This document shows, in pieces, positions 46,035-55,089 of a stretch of DNA of 60,151 nucleotides. The first letter of the stretch is position 1, and each line of letters begins with the position of its first letter. This DNA comes from a virus (Duplodnaviria; Caudoviricetes), in the IMG/VR virus record IMGVR_UViG_3300008113_000221, positions 1 to 60,151 of that record; one strand, given 5' to 3'. The notes beneath the pieces are model-generated. The model did not search any database. It saw only the letters and a program-made list of their open reading frames with translations, and was not told the DNA's origin. The translations under genes were made by a program, and so were the position numbers.

Positions 46035-46973
46035 TTAAAAGTCTACTTGAGCCTTTAGTGTTCTCAAGAATGATTCTCCTTCATCTGTCATGCCGTAGTC
46101 CGTTATTGCGTCTAATGGCTTTTTGCTGACATCAATGTTGGCTATAAGTTGCTTTGTAGCAGTCCAGTGTGCCTGTCCTTTTACAAATCCTGTAGTAATA
46201 ATATTGCTTTCAAGACCCCTTGAAACGAGATACAGCGTCTTAATCCTTGGGTTATTAGCATACAACAAGAACTTTTCTGGGTTTTCCAGAGCCTTGCTCT
46301 TGTAGTCTTCCCTTATTGCATCATAATCCCTTTCTTCTCCTGTTGCAGGGTGTATGAAGCTGATGCCCAAGTACTTAGCGTGTGGTATCATTTCTTCTAC
46401 AGCGGCATTTCTTGCAACGTCATAAGCCCTGTCTTTCTTCTTACCAAGTTCTACAGTATCCTCGTCAGAGTTTGCAAAGTCAAGAAGTCGGTATACGTTC
46501 TTAACCATTTTGAGCTTGTTTGTATTCTGCTCACACTGGTTAGAAAGCAACAAGAATTGATATAATTGTTTATTCCAAGCAGGAACTACTAAATTTCCAT
46601 TTTCAAAAGTAATTGAGTTTTTAGGATTACCAGTCACAGAGTCTGTAATATTACCCTTCTCTTCCTGCTCATCAACAAATATTGTCGGATATCCGTCAAG
46701 ATACCTAATCTGCCTTGGTCTGAAATCAGGCTCTTCAGCAGTTCCGTAGTTGTAAAGAATGTTGTCTTGGTTGGTGACAGTAAATCTTGGAGGGAATACG
46801 CTAGCACCTTCATGAGACCTTACGTGTTCGTGAACGAGCCTAAACACGTACTGGTCTGGTTGCCTCTTTGGTTTCTTTGTTGCTGTTGGCGCTGGCGGCT
46901 TCTTAAAACTTAAAGAAGGTTGTGGCGCTGCTTGAGTTGGTGTACTTGCCAACTCTGCTGATACTTTTGCCAT
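46035..46973 (-). CDS. head-region structural protein
   Basis: Follows the capsid gene; RQIRY...TIFVDEQ...ITFENGNLVV motif. Confidence 0.65.
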   Translation of the reverse strand: MAKVSAELASTPTQAAPQPSLSFKKPPAPTATKKPKRQPDQYVFRLVHEHVRSHEGASVFPPRFTVTNQDNILYNYGTAEEPDFRPRQIRYLDGYPTIFVDEQEEKGNITDSVTGNPKNSITFENGNLVVPAWNKQLYQFLLLSNQCEQNTNKLKMVKNVYRLLDFANSDEDTVELGKKKDRAYDVARNAAVEEMIPHAKYLGISFIHPATGEERDYDAIREDYKSKALENPEKFLLYANNPRIKTLYLVSRGLESNIITTGFVKGQAHWTATKQLIANIDVSKKPLDAITDYGMTDEGESFLRTLKAQVDF

Positions 46974-47004
46974 AGTTTTATTTTTTTTAGTTAATAACTT
47001 ATTA

Positions 47005-47012
47005 CAAATGTA
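47005..47012 (-). promoter_or_regulatory. TAnnTTTG -7 element
   Basis: TACATTTG on the minus strand. Confidence 0.6.
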
Positions 47013-47032
47013 GTTACTTCAAATAACATGCC

Positions 47033-47088
47033 AAAAAAAATAAATAGGGGCCTAAGCCCCCATCTATACACATTAAACACAATTAATT
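47033..47088 (-). ncRNA. candidate ~50-nt small RNA with its own promoter and terminator
   Basis: TAAATTTG (47100-47093), then UGUGUUUAAUGUGUAU, then GGGGC-UUAG-GCCCC and a U-rich tail; no ORF. Confidence 0.55.
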
Positions 47089-47131
47089 GTAACAAATTTA
47101 TATATAAAAATGTTACGAAAGCTATATTAAT

Positions 47132-47170
47132 AAAAATCCCCACCAAATTAATGGTAGGGATTTCTATTTT
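47132..47170 (-). terminator. terminator after the capsid gene (possibly bidirectional)
   Basis: AAATCCCCACCA-N6-TGGTAGGGATTT flanked by A and T runs. Confidence 0.7.
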
Positions 47171-47198
47171 TATGTAACTAATTGATAATCAATTAGAA

Positions 47199-48617
47199 CT
47201 ACACGCCTTCAACAATTGCGTACTGGTTAGCACCGAAGACTCTTACGCCGGGGTAGCTAATCATACTGATTGTTTTGTTAGCAGTAGTGGTCTTGTTAGA
47301 AGGAGCAAGCATACCAGTTTCGGTAGTCAAAATCCTCTGACCATTAACCTCTTGGAATACAATCTGGAAGCTAGGGAACTGTTTGCCAGTCTTAGCATCG
47401 CTGTTGATTTTCTGAGGAATAAGTACACCATAGTTGCGCTTTTCTGGAGTCAAAGCACCTGCACTGATGTGGTATACCGCTTCTGGGCTGAACATGTTGT
47501 TCAAGAAGAAGTGGAAAGTATAGCCATCAATCATGAAAGAGCTAAATCCGTAAGAAGCAGCAGCCTCTTGGCTTCCACCTACAGAACCGTAGCTGATAGC
47601 ACCGTTAGCATACTTACCGAACAGAAGGTTGTTAACCTCTTGGCGCTGATAGATGTCTTGCAAGAAATGATACTCGCCAGAACCACCGTAGAAGTTCAAA
47701 GCACGAGTGATTGATTGCATGTTAGACATATCAGTTCCAGAACCACCACCGAAAGAACCAGCAGTGTATTGGATAGTAGAACCACCAGCAGCAACACGAG
47801 GAATAACACCAGTTGTACCTACAGTACCAGCAATGTTATCAACAGCAACACCTTCCATGATTTTGAAGAAAGCGTTGTTCATGTAACGGCGGTTCATATC
47901 GTCTTGAGCGAGGTAGTAGTAGTAGAAGTTTCCGTTTCCGAAATCTACTTCGTTCTTCTCGAGGTCAGCTCTATCAGTGATAGTGAAGTCGTCTCTGTGC
48001 TCAGTGGTAGTGTTTGTAATCTTATCCAAGATTGGAGACATACCGTTAAGAGCTGTAGAACCTTCTCCGATGTTAACTGCACCACGAAGCAATAAGAAGT
48101 CAGCAGCAAGCAAGTTTGCAGAGCCAGCTGAAGTCAAAGCTTGAGCAGCAACAAGAGGCTTGATTTCCCAAACCTCTGGGTAAACGCCAGAGCCAGATGT
48201 CTTAGCGATAACTTGACCTTCGATACCAGAAGTCATAATACGAACAACTTCACCAACACGAAGAGGAGTAGCAGCACTGTAGTAGTATGGGTCAGCAGCA
48301 GCATTTGCAGCAGCAGAATCACCGATAGTTACAGAGATGGTTGCGCCAGCAGCAGGAGCTACAACAGCAGCACGTACCTTTACAGCTTGGTGAAGACCAC
48401 GCTTCTCATAGTGGTAGAATAAACGGTTGTCAGACTTAGCTTCTGTAACTGAGTTACCGAGAGCCATTTGTACGATTGCATAGTTTTCAGCACCGTACTT
48501 TCTAACCAAGTTCTTTTCAAAAGAACGGTCGAAAATGTTGAGGTCATTCAGAAGCGCTCTGTTCGCTGAAGAGCTAGAGATGGCGCCTTGTGAATAAGCA
48601 GGATAGCTATTAGGCAT
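47199..48617 (-). CDS. major capsid protein (crAss-like HK97 fold)
   Basis: 472 aa, third in the portal-scaffold-capsid order; strongly biased codons; YGFSSF..DGYTF and GVRVFGAN motifs. Confidence 0.85.
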   Translation of the reverse strand: MPNSYPAYSQGAISSSSANRALLNDLNIFDRSFEKNLVRKYGAENYAIVQMALGNSVTEAKSDNRLFYHYEKRGLHQAVKVRAAVVAPAAGATISVTIGDSAAANAAADPYYYSAATPLRVGEVVRIMTSGIEGQVIAKTSGSGVYPEVWEIKPLVAAQALTSAGSANLLAADFLLLRGAVNIGEGSTALNGMSPILDKITNTTTEHRDDFTITDRADLEKNEVDFGNGNFYYYYLAQDDMNRRYMNNAFFKIMEGVAVDNIAGTVGTTGVIPRVAAGGSTIQYTAGSFGGGSGTDMSNMQSITRALNFYGGSGEYHFLQDIYQRQEVNNLLFGKYANGAISYGSVGGSQEAAASYGFSSFMIDGYTFHFFLNNMFSPEAVYHISAGALTPEKRNYGVLIPQKINSDAKTGKQFPSFQIVFQEVNGQRILTTETGMLAPSNKTTTANKTISMISYPGVRVFGANQYAIVEGV

Positions 48618-48642
48618 TGTTATTTGTTTTTAAAATTAATAA

Positions 48643-49893
48643 TTATTGTCTTCTTAAATGCCCCATGAAGAGTTGCTCATACATAGCATTTTCTTCATCT
48701 GCCGCATTAGGCCTAAATGTTCCAGATGGATTTTGTTCTGTTTGAATGTTTTTGCTCTGCTTCAGTATCTCTAAGCGAGTTTGATTAACCGCTTGCGAAA
48801 CCGCTGAAGTAATAATCTTATCTAAGTTGTCTGCAACGTAAAGCTCTTTTACCAATCTTTCAGCGTCATACTTACCGTCTTTGTAGTACCTGCCGACTTG
48901 ATATGATTCAAGGTCTTCTGCGGCTTGGCGATACTTCGATAACTCCTGCGCAGGAATATCAAATTTTCCGTTAATCGCCACGCTTGATTTCTCATCCTTC
49001 CATGAAAAGGGTAGAGAACTAATACGTGATTCAACACCATTAAGACTGGAAAGGAAGTTTGACCTTTGTTCTTGAATCAATTCTTCCAACTCACTGTCGT
49101 CTTGTTGCTCAACCACTTCTTGTTGCCTAGACAACTCAGGTAGTTTTATCTCCTGAGCTAAACCATCAAAGAACTCTTTCGCACTGTCAACATCATTTTT
49201 AATGCGCTGGGACAGCTTTTTTTGTTCTCTTTTTAACTTCGACTCATCAAATGCATATTCGTCAATGCTGTACTTTTCATCGTACTCCGCTTGAACGTCA
49301 TCATCGTCAAACTCTGGGTTGTTTACTTTTATATAAGCTTTAAGAACTTCTTCGTTACTTCCGCCTTTAATATCTTCTGCGAACTTCTTAGTTCCCAGAA
49401 CATCAACCACCTCATCAATCTTTCCCTCTAAAAGCAGATTATATATCGCTTCAGACATTTCGTTTTCAAACTTAGGAACAGCAGGCTCATTTAAAGCCTC
49501 AACTATTTCCTCCCAAGATTCAAACTGGCCGTCTGTCTTAGCCTTTATGAAATCATCCTCCTCAATCACATCATTCATCCCACTTGCGTCTTCGCTACCA
49601 ATTTCGGTAGAAGCTTCAAGATTTTCCATATTAGTTGCGTCTGCAACTGTTTCATGTGAAACTTCTTCTGATGCTTGTTCTGTGCTTTCTGGCCCTTGCT
49701 TGATATTGCTTTTGCCTGTCAGCAGCGCATCATAAGCGCTTTCGTTAGAAACGTCTGGTGGAGCTGATGATACAACTTCCTCATTTAAAGAACTTTCCTC
49801 TGTCGTTTGCTCTGGTTGTGGCGCTTCTTCTTGCTTTGTTTCTACTGGCTTAATTTCTTGTGCATACTCTTGCACGATGTCTTTTATTTCCAT
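48643..49893 (-). CDS. capsid scaffolding-like acidic protein
   Basis: Highly acidic and helical; between portal and capsid genes. Confidence 0.7.
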   Translation of the reverse strand: MEIKDIVQEYAQEIKPVETKQEEAPQPEQTTEESSLNEEVVSSAPPDVSNESAYDALLTGKSNIKQGPESTEQASEEVSHETVADATNMENLEASTEIGSEDASGMNDVIEEDDFIKAKTDGQFESWEEIVEALNEPAVPKFENEMSEAIYNLLLEGKIDEVVDVLGTKKFAEDIKGGSNEEVLKAYIKVNNPEFDDDDVQAEYDEKYSIDEYAFDESKLKREQKKLSQRIKNDVDSAKEFFDGLAQEIKLPELSRQQEVVEQQDDSELEELIQEQRSNFLSSLNGVESRISSLPFSWKDEKSSVAINGKFDIPAQELSKYRQAAEDLESYQVGRYYKDGKYDAERLVKELYVADNLDKIITSAVSQAVNQTRLEILKQSKNIQTEQNPSGTFRPNAADEENAMYEQLFMGHLRRQ

Positions 49894-49934
49894 AAATGTT
49901 TGTTTTTAGGATTTACTTGTCCTGAAACTATTAG

Positions 49935-49942
49935 CAAATATA
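49935..49942 (-). promoter_or_regulatory. TAnnTTTG -7 element (scaffold/capsid operon)
   Basis: TATATTTG on the minus strand. Confidence 0.65.
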
Positions 49943-49983
49943 TGTAATATTTTGATTTACAAAAAAATAGCTTTATGGCTTAC

Positions 49984-50010
49984 AAAAAAAGGCGGTGTAA
50001 AAACACCGCC
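49984..50010 (-). terminator. intrinsic terminator after the portal gene
   Basis: GGCGGTGT-AAAA-ACACCGCC, perfect 8-bp stem, with U7 on the minus strand. Confidence 0.85.
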
Positions 50011-50041
50011 ACCATAACCATGAAACTAAACAAAGAAGCCA

Positions 50042-52438
50042 TTATTGAATTGGCGGCTCCTGTATCTGCTCTTCAGCAGGAACCTCTTGAGCGACCTCTC
50101 CATCCATAGCAGCTCCTTGCTCTGCTATAGCCTGTTGCTCCATCATCATCTGCTCTTCCATCTGCGCCTGTTCTTTTGCCGCCATCTGTTCCATTTGAGG
50201 CTGAATTGCATTTGACAATATTGTGTCAGCAAACGCCTTTATTTGTTCTGGAATATCTTTTCCGCTATTTAGCGAGTTAGCATATATCGTAGACGCAAAC
50301 TTAATAAGTTCTATCTGCTTGTCGTACTCTCCCTTATTGCTATTGACGGCTATCTTACTCTCTGCTGCCATCTGCTCAAGCTGTGCATCCATCTCCGCCT
50401 TAGACTGAGCTGACTGCTGCTGTATCTGTGCGTTCATCTCTGCGTTCTTCTGTGCCGTCTCCTCCGCTTCCTTCTTCGCCTTCTTCATAGCTCTGGCAAG
50501 GTATAGTTCAGCAAGCTTTGTATCGTCAATATTCTTAACCTTAAATGCCTGCTCGTATGTAATAATACCAGCCTGTATAGCTGAATTAAGCATCTGATTA
50601 AGCTCTGCCCTGCTATTCTGGTCGTTAATCATACTGACGGTAACGTCAAAAGTCATGTCCAGAAGACTCATCTCGTAGCCTTCAAACTCCTTGAATTTGA
50701 CTGCCTTAAGCACTACAGAATCCCATACCATCATAGAAACCTTCCTAGAAGTATCTTCGATAAGCTGCATTGCTGCACTATAGATATATTCTGTAGCATT
50801 GTTTGAGGCTTGAACCTGCTGTTGCATAACACCAAGTCCAGTCTTTACAGGAAGACTTGAGCCATCCCTGTATTCAGAAATACCCATCTCCTCACGAAGT
50901 CTATCAAGTTCAAAGTTATACTGACCTATCAGCGCATTAAGCTGGCCAATATTATTGTTTGAGTTCATTGGCTGAATAGGCGCAGCCTTTTGCTGCCCGT
51001 CATCTCCTGTGGAATCCCAATATACTCTACCAGTTTGGTCCCAAATACGCATTAGCTTCAGCGGCTCTACGCTATTACCAAGACCTAAGTCTACATCTCT
51101 AAGACCTGCTATATCAATCATGTAGCCATCTGGCCTCATGGTAGACAATAGCTGCTGCATCTTGAGTCTGATAAGAATCATCTGCCTGATAGGGCCCATA
51201 GCCTTCTCGATAATAGAAGGAATAAGTCCGCCTGTAGCATTAGGGCATATAACAGAATACGAGAAGAATACATCAACTCCATTCTGATAAGGCCTAATCT
51301 GGTTAGGAGCAATCTCCCACTTCAGCATTATGTCTGTATCATTAACCCAGATACCATTGTAAATATTGTATCTCTTTGTCTCAAGAACTTCTCCAGCTAT
51401 AGCCTGTCCTTCTGGAGCTACTGGCTTTCCTTGCTTTGGAACTACAAGAAGATTGCCAAACTTGTTCTCTGTCTTAACAGAATACTCCACGTCAATAGTC
51501 TTTACCTCAAAGTCAAATACAAGAACAGAATAGTCGTCATACGGTCTAGTCTCTGTGTACTTGTATGAATCTTTCCAGTAAAGGTTTTCTGAACGCTTCA
51601 GCTCTCTTGACGCCTTCTGCGCCAGCTTGAACAAAGTCTCTTCGTCTACATTAAACTTTCTTCTGATAGCTGAAATCTTCATCGGATAAACCTCTCCGAT
51701 ATACGATATGTCTTTGCCATTGTCTGTTTCAAAGACATTGTAAAGCATATTTTCTGGCTTACACCTCTTTATTCTTATATTACCAGTTGCATCATAGTAC
51801 AACTTAGTGCATGCAAAGTTGGTATCTATAATATCTCTAAGAACCGTTCTCTTTAAAATATTATAGTCGTTATCGCCAAGAACTTTTCTAATCCTTTGCT
51901 CAAACATTATCTCTTCTGGCAGTCTATACTCTAAGTCAAAGTATAATGCCAAGTCGTCTTCATCTTCTGGAATAAACTTCTGAGACTCAAGCTTCTCGCC
52001 CATCTCCTGTTCGATAAGAGCAATCTTATCTTTGTTGTCCATTCTGAATTTAGCTTCCTGCTTCTCCATATCCTTCTTAGATATGCTCACGTCATCAACC
52101 GCTCTTACAATAGGCACTTCAACTCTATTCATAAATCCGCCAAGAAGTATCTCTACAAACTTTGGCGCTATCTTAATAGGAGTCCAGTCAATGTTTATAA
52201 AAGAGTTGTTCCCTTCTATACGCATCAAGTCCATAAACTCCTGCATAGTGTTTGTGCCGTAGCTAAACTCTCTGTTAGCACGCCATTGCCTATACCTTTT
52301 ACCGTAGTATCCGTCTGAATTTCTATCAGCGCTATTGAATATTCCTTGAGCTACCTTCAACCCGTACTCTTTCTTTCTCTTTTGAGAGGGCTTATCGAGG
52401 TGCATCTGAAGAAGTTCACCTAAACTTGAGAACTGCAT
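50042..52438 (-). CDS. portal protein
   Basis: 798 aa; NIDWTPIKIAPKFVEI, QTGRVYW, GISEYRDGS...GLGV; Gln-rich C-terminal barrel. Confidence 0.88.
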   Translation of the reverse strand: MQFSSLGELLQMHLDKPSQKRKKEYGLKVAQGIFNSADRNSDGYYGKRYRQWRANREFSYGTNTMQEFMDLMRIEGNNSFINIDWTPIKIAPKFVEILLGGFMNRVEVPIVRAVDDVSISKKDMEKQEAKFRMDNKDKIALIEQEMGEKLESQKFIPEDEDDLALYFDLEYRLPEEIMFEQRIRKVLGDNDYNILKRTVLRDIIDTNFACTKLYYDATGNIRIKRCKPENMLYNVFETDNGKDISYIGEVYPMKISAIRRKFNVDEETLFKLAQKASRELKRSENLYWKDSYKYTETRPYDDYSVLVFDFEVKTIDVEYSVKTENKFGNLLVVPKQGKPVAPEGQAIAGEVLETKRYNIYNGIWVNDTDIMLKWEIAPNQIRPYQNGVDVFFSYSVICPNATGGLIPSIIEKAMGPIRQMILIRLKMQQLLSTMRPDGYMIDIAGLRDVDLGLGNSVEPLKLMRIWDQTGRVYWDSTGDDGQQKAAPIQPMNSNNNIGQLNALIGQYNFELDRLREEMGISEYRDGSSLPVKTGLGVMQQQVQASNNATEYIYSAAMQLIEDTSRKVSMMVWDSVVLKAVKFKEFEGYEMSLLDMTFDVTVSMINDQNSRAELNQMLNSAIQAGIITYEQAFKVKNIDDTKLAELYLARAMKKAKKEAEETAQKNAEMNAQIQQQSAQSKAEMDAQLEQMAAESKIAVNSNKGEYDKQIELIKFASTIYANSLNSGKDIPEQIKAFADTILSNAIQPQMEQMAAKEQAQMEEQMMMEQQAIAEQGAAMDGEVAQEVPAEEQIQEPPIQ

Positions 52439-52454
52439 TTTTCTATATTTACAA

Positions 52455-52462
52455 CAAATATA
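52455..52462 (-). promoter_or_regulatory. TAnnTTTG -7 element (portal)
   Basis: TATATTTG on the minus strand. Confidence 0.65.
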
Positions 52463-52478
52463 GAATTTTATTGGCTAA

Positions 52479-53261
52479 TTATTTGGCTTTAGCCATTTTA
52501 GCTTGGATATTAACTATGTATTTATCGTATATCGGGTCTACATATTCCCCCTTGGATTGCTTGTCTTCCATCCACTTTCTAAGCATGCTGTAGCGTATAA
52601 ATGGGTCTGCTGGTATCTTCTTCCTGCCCATATCCCAGTATGGCTGCATAAACACAATATACTGCCTTCTCCTTCTATCAATCTCCTCCTCGCTATACTT
52701 CCTTTCTCCAAAAGTCCTGCCCCTAAGAACAAAGTTGCTGATGTTCTTTTTCCTCATCCTGTTGTTAAAGTAGTACTTCATGTCCTGCCTTATTGCGGCA
52801 AGTATACTTTCAACAATCTGCTTTCCTTTGTCTGATATGTAATAATACCCATCTCTATCGCTATTCATGGCATACCCGAGCCTCACCATTCTTTTTACAG
52901 TCCAACCCTTAATCTCTTGAACTCCAGTAGATTGTACGTAGTTGTTTATCCTATCTTGATTAGTGTGCTCAACATCATACATATAATTCAGCACATCATA
53001 CTCAAATGGGCGTAGCTTATAAACCTTAAACGCCTTTTCGTATATTGTTGCCGACACGGTAAACATTCGCATCTGGTGGTCTCTGTCTCTGATAGCGGAG
53101 TGGATACGCCTTATGTACCTCTCCCTTGACCTTACCATTGCCTTTAGCGTAAAGAAGGCTGCTCTATATCTTGCCTTTACCTCATCTATGATTTTATTAA
53201 CGTCAAAACTGAGCTCAAAGTTTACCCCTTTGTAGCTCATTGACTTCTTTATTGACTTCAT
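52479..53261 (-). CDS. basic protein with a putative winged-HTH domain
   Basis: EYDVLNYM...TVKRMVRLGY...YYISDKGKQIV resembles a MarR-type wing. Confidence 0.55.
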   Translation of the reverse strand: MKSIKKSMSYKGVNFELSFDVNKIIDEVKARYRAAFFTLKAMVRSRERYIRRIHSAIRDRDHQMRMFTVSATIYEKAFKVYKLRPFEYDVLNYMYDVEHTNQDRINNYVQSTGVQEIKGWTVKRMVRLGYAMNSDRDGYYYISDKGKQIVESILAAIRQDMKYYFNNRMRKKNISNFVLRGRTFGERKYSEEEIDRRRRQYIVFMQPYWDMGRKKIPADPFIRYSMLRKWMEDKQSKGEYVDPIYDKYIVNIQAKMAKAK

Positions 53262-53578
53262 CGCTTCTCCAGTTTAGCGAGCTGCTCAATGAGCGGTATG
53301 CCTTTCTTCTCAGCTTCATTAGCCTCCTGCTCTGTCATCTTCAAGAAGTTATTCCTGAGCCAGTTAGCAGACTCTACCATATCCTTCAGCGAAGTTGTCA
53401 GCTTCTGGAATCTGTCAAATGTTTTATCATCGCTGGTAAGGTCTAGCGTAAAGCCATTAAGTGATTTAGACAACTCATTAAGCTTTCTATTTAGAGAAAA
53501 ATACAAAGCGAACATGCCGTCACTTTTGTATATGGCAAGTTCTTCTTCAAGCTGTTTTATAATTTGCTTCTCTGTCAT
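53258..53578 (-). CDS. hypothetical helical protein (small terminase candidate)
   Basis: Size and position upstream of the portal only. Confidence 0.4.
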   Translation of the reverse strand: MTEKQIIKQLEEELAIYKSDGMFALYFSLNRKLNELSKSLNGFTLDLTSDDKTFDRFQKLTTSLKDMVESANWLRNNFLKMTEQEANEAEKKGIPLIEQLAKLEKR

Positions 53579-53973
53579 TAGTTTCTGCTCATTGTTAGTT
53601 TCAATACAATATCTTTCTCGTGCTCCATTACGTTTATATAGCCTTCTCTTATACCGTCAAATATATAGTCTATCCAGTCATTACTTCCATCGTCAGCAGT
53701 TATTATGCAGTAGTACTCTGCATTTTCTGGAACTACCGAAATAACATCATCAACTATATAATCTCTACTCGCAAGTACTTCTATAATCTGTTCAAGCTCG
53801 TCAAAGAACATGCATATTCCGGGCCTATTCTCATCATCATTTATCAGCCTGCTTATGTGGTGTACGTCATACGTTACATACGCAGCTGTTGTCATATTTA
53901 TCAACGCTATTTTATATGAGTCATGCATCGACTCAAATGTAAAACTAATCGTTGAATACTCCAAGTATGTCAT
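53578..53973 (-). CDS. hypothetical acidic protein
   Basis: ORF track. Confidence 0.6.
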   Translation of the reverse strand: MTYLEYSTISFTFESMHDSYKIALINMTTAAYVTYDVHHISRLINDDENRPGICMFFDELEQIIEVLASRDYIVDDVISVVPENAEYYCIITADDGSNDWIDYIFDGIREGYINVMEHEKDIVLKLTMSRN

Positions 53974-54526
53974 CTTGCAATATGCGTATTGCTCTCTGCT
54001 CTATACCTTTATGATGATACACAATCTCATAGTCGCTCATCTTATAGCAAAGAACATTTTGATTACGCTTAACGTCAGTATAGTCATCAGGAACTGATAC
54101 TACCTTAAACTTCATTGGCTCTGTCTTCTCTGTGTAGTCAAACTGAGAGAGCTTCTTAGCCTGTATCCTTTCTGCAATTATAGTTCCGCTGATAGGAGTA
54201 AGATTTCCTTCGTCATCAATCTTTGCGTATACCAGATTATTGTACGGTATAGAGAATATGACATAGCCATCTTTCTTTTCTATATGGCTTGCATCATTCT
54301 TTACCATGTTGTGATGAACGATTACGTTGTCTCCAACTTTAATGTCATCAATACCTTCTCCAACAGCTATTACGCTGCATATATTTGGAGATGCCTCCCT
54401 GTCATTTTCGTTATACTTTCTTCCAATAAAAAGCTCAATGCTTGAGCCATCGGGCATCTGTACTTTGTGTGTCTCCTTCTGCTCCATATGAGCTTTCAGA
54501 ATTAATGATTTTCTCTTTGCTTTCAT
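53945..54526 (-). CDS. GroES-like co-chaperonin (two repeats)
   Basis: VIAVGEGIDDIKVGDNVIVHHN and a second unit ending DDILGV. Confidence 0.7.
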   Translation of the reverse strand: MKAKRKSLILKAHMEQKETHKVQMPDGSSIELFIGRKYNENDREASPNICSVIAVGEGIDDIKVGDNVIVHHNMVKNDASHIEKKDGYVIFSIPYNNLVYAKIDDEGNLTPISGTIIAERIQAKKLSQFDYTEKTEPMKFKVVSVPDDYTDVKRNQNVLCYKMSDYEIVYHHKGIEQRAIRILQDDILGVFND

Positions 54527-54728
54527 GGTAGTCTAATTCTATTAGTAGGTCAATGTAATGCTTTGCTTTGAGTAGGTCTTGTATGCCGTTCTTATCTCTG
54601 TGGCGTATGACATATTTAACAATGTTACCTTCTATAAAAGGTATATTGTTTTTATGGATAAACTCGGTAGGCTGAATCTTGTACTTCTTATAGTGTCCTC
54701 CACCTACCTGTATGTCTTTTGCACTCAT
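54435..54728 (-). CDS. DUF3310 (SaV-like) protein
   Basis: GGGHY...QPTEFI...EGNIVKYVIR...KNGIQDLLKAKHYIDLL. Confidence 0.8.
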   Translation of the reverse strand: MSAKDIQVGGGHYKKYKIQPTEFIHKNNIPFIEGNIVKYVIRHRDKNGIQDLLKAKHYIDLLIELDYHESKEKIINSESSYGAEGDTQSTDARWLKH

Positions 54729-54901
54729 ATAATCCACTTAAATAAAAATAGCCAAGACAAATATAGAGATATAAGTCCGACTATCAATGCAGCATTGACA
54801 AGTATTTTCGCAACAACCTTCCTTATCCCACTAATTCTTTGTATGTAAAAGAATATAAATATAGTGGCAAGAGTTGTTATGAGTGCAAATGCATATATCA
54901 T
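54725..54901 (-). CDS. 58-aa protein with two transmembrane segments
   Basis: Read by hand: MIYAFALITT...LFKWII*; ATGA-coupled on both sides. Confidence 0.6.
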   Translation of the reverse strand: MIYAFALITTLATIFIFFYIQRISGIRKVVAKILVNAALIVGLISLYLSWLFLFKWII

Positions 54902-55041
54902 TTTTTCTTCATTTTAACAGGTGCAACCTTTTTAACCTCAAATTGTTTTCCTACAATAAGCTGTCCTTTAGGTGTCCTGTCTTTTGGCCTTGGTACAATC
55001 GTATTGTATTCAATAGCTTTTTTCATTTTAATCTTTGGCAT
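54898..55041 (-). CDS. small basic protein
   Basis: Read by hand: MPKIKMKKAI...VKMRKK*. Confidence 0.6.
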   Translation of the reverse strand: MPKIKMKKAIEYNTIVPRPKDRTPKGQLIVGKQFEVKKVAPVKMKKK

Positions 55042-55089
55042 ATTTCTATTTTTAAATACTTGTATATATCTTTACAAAAACCACGAACC

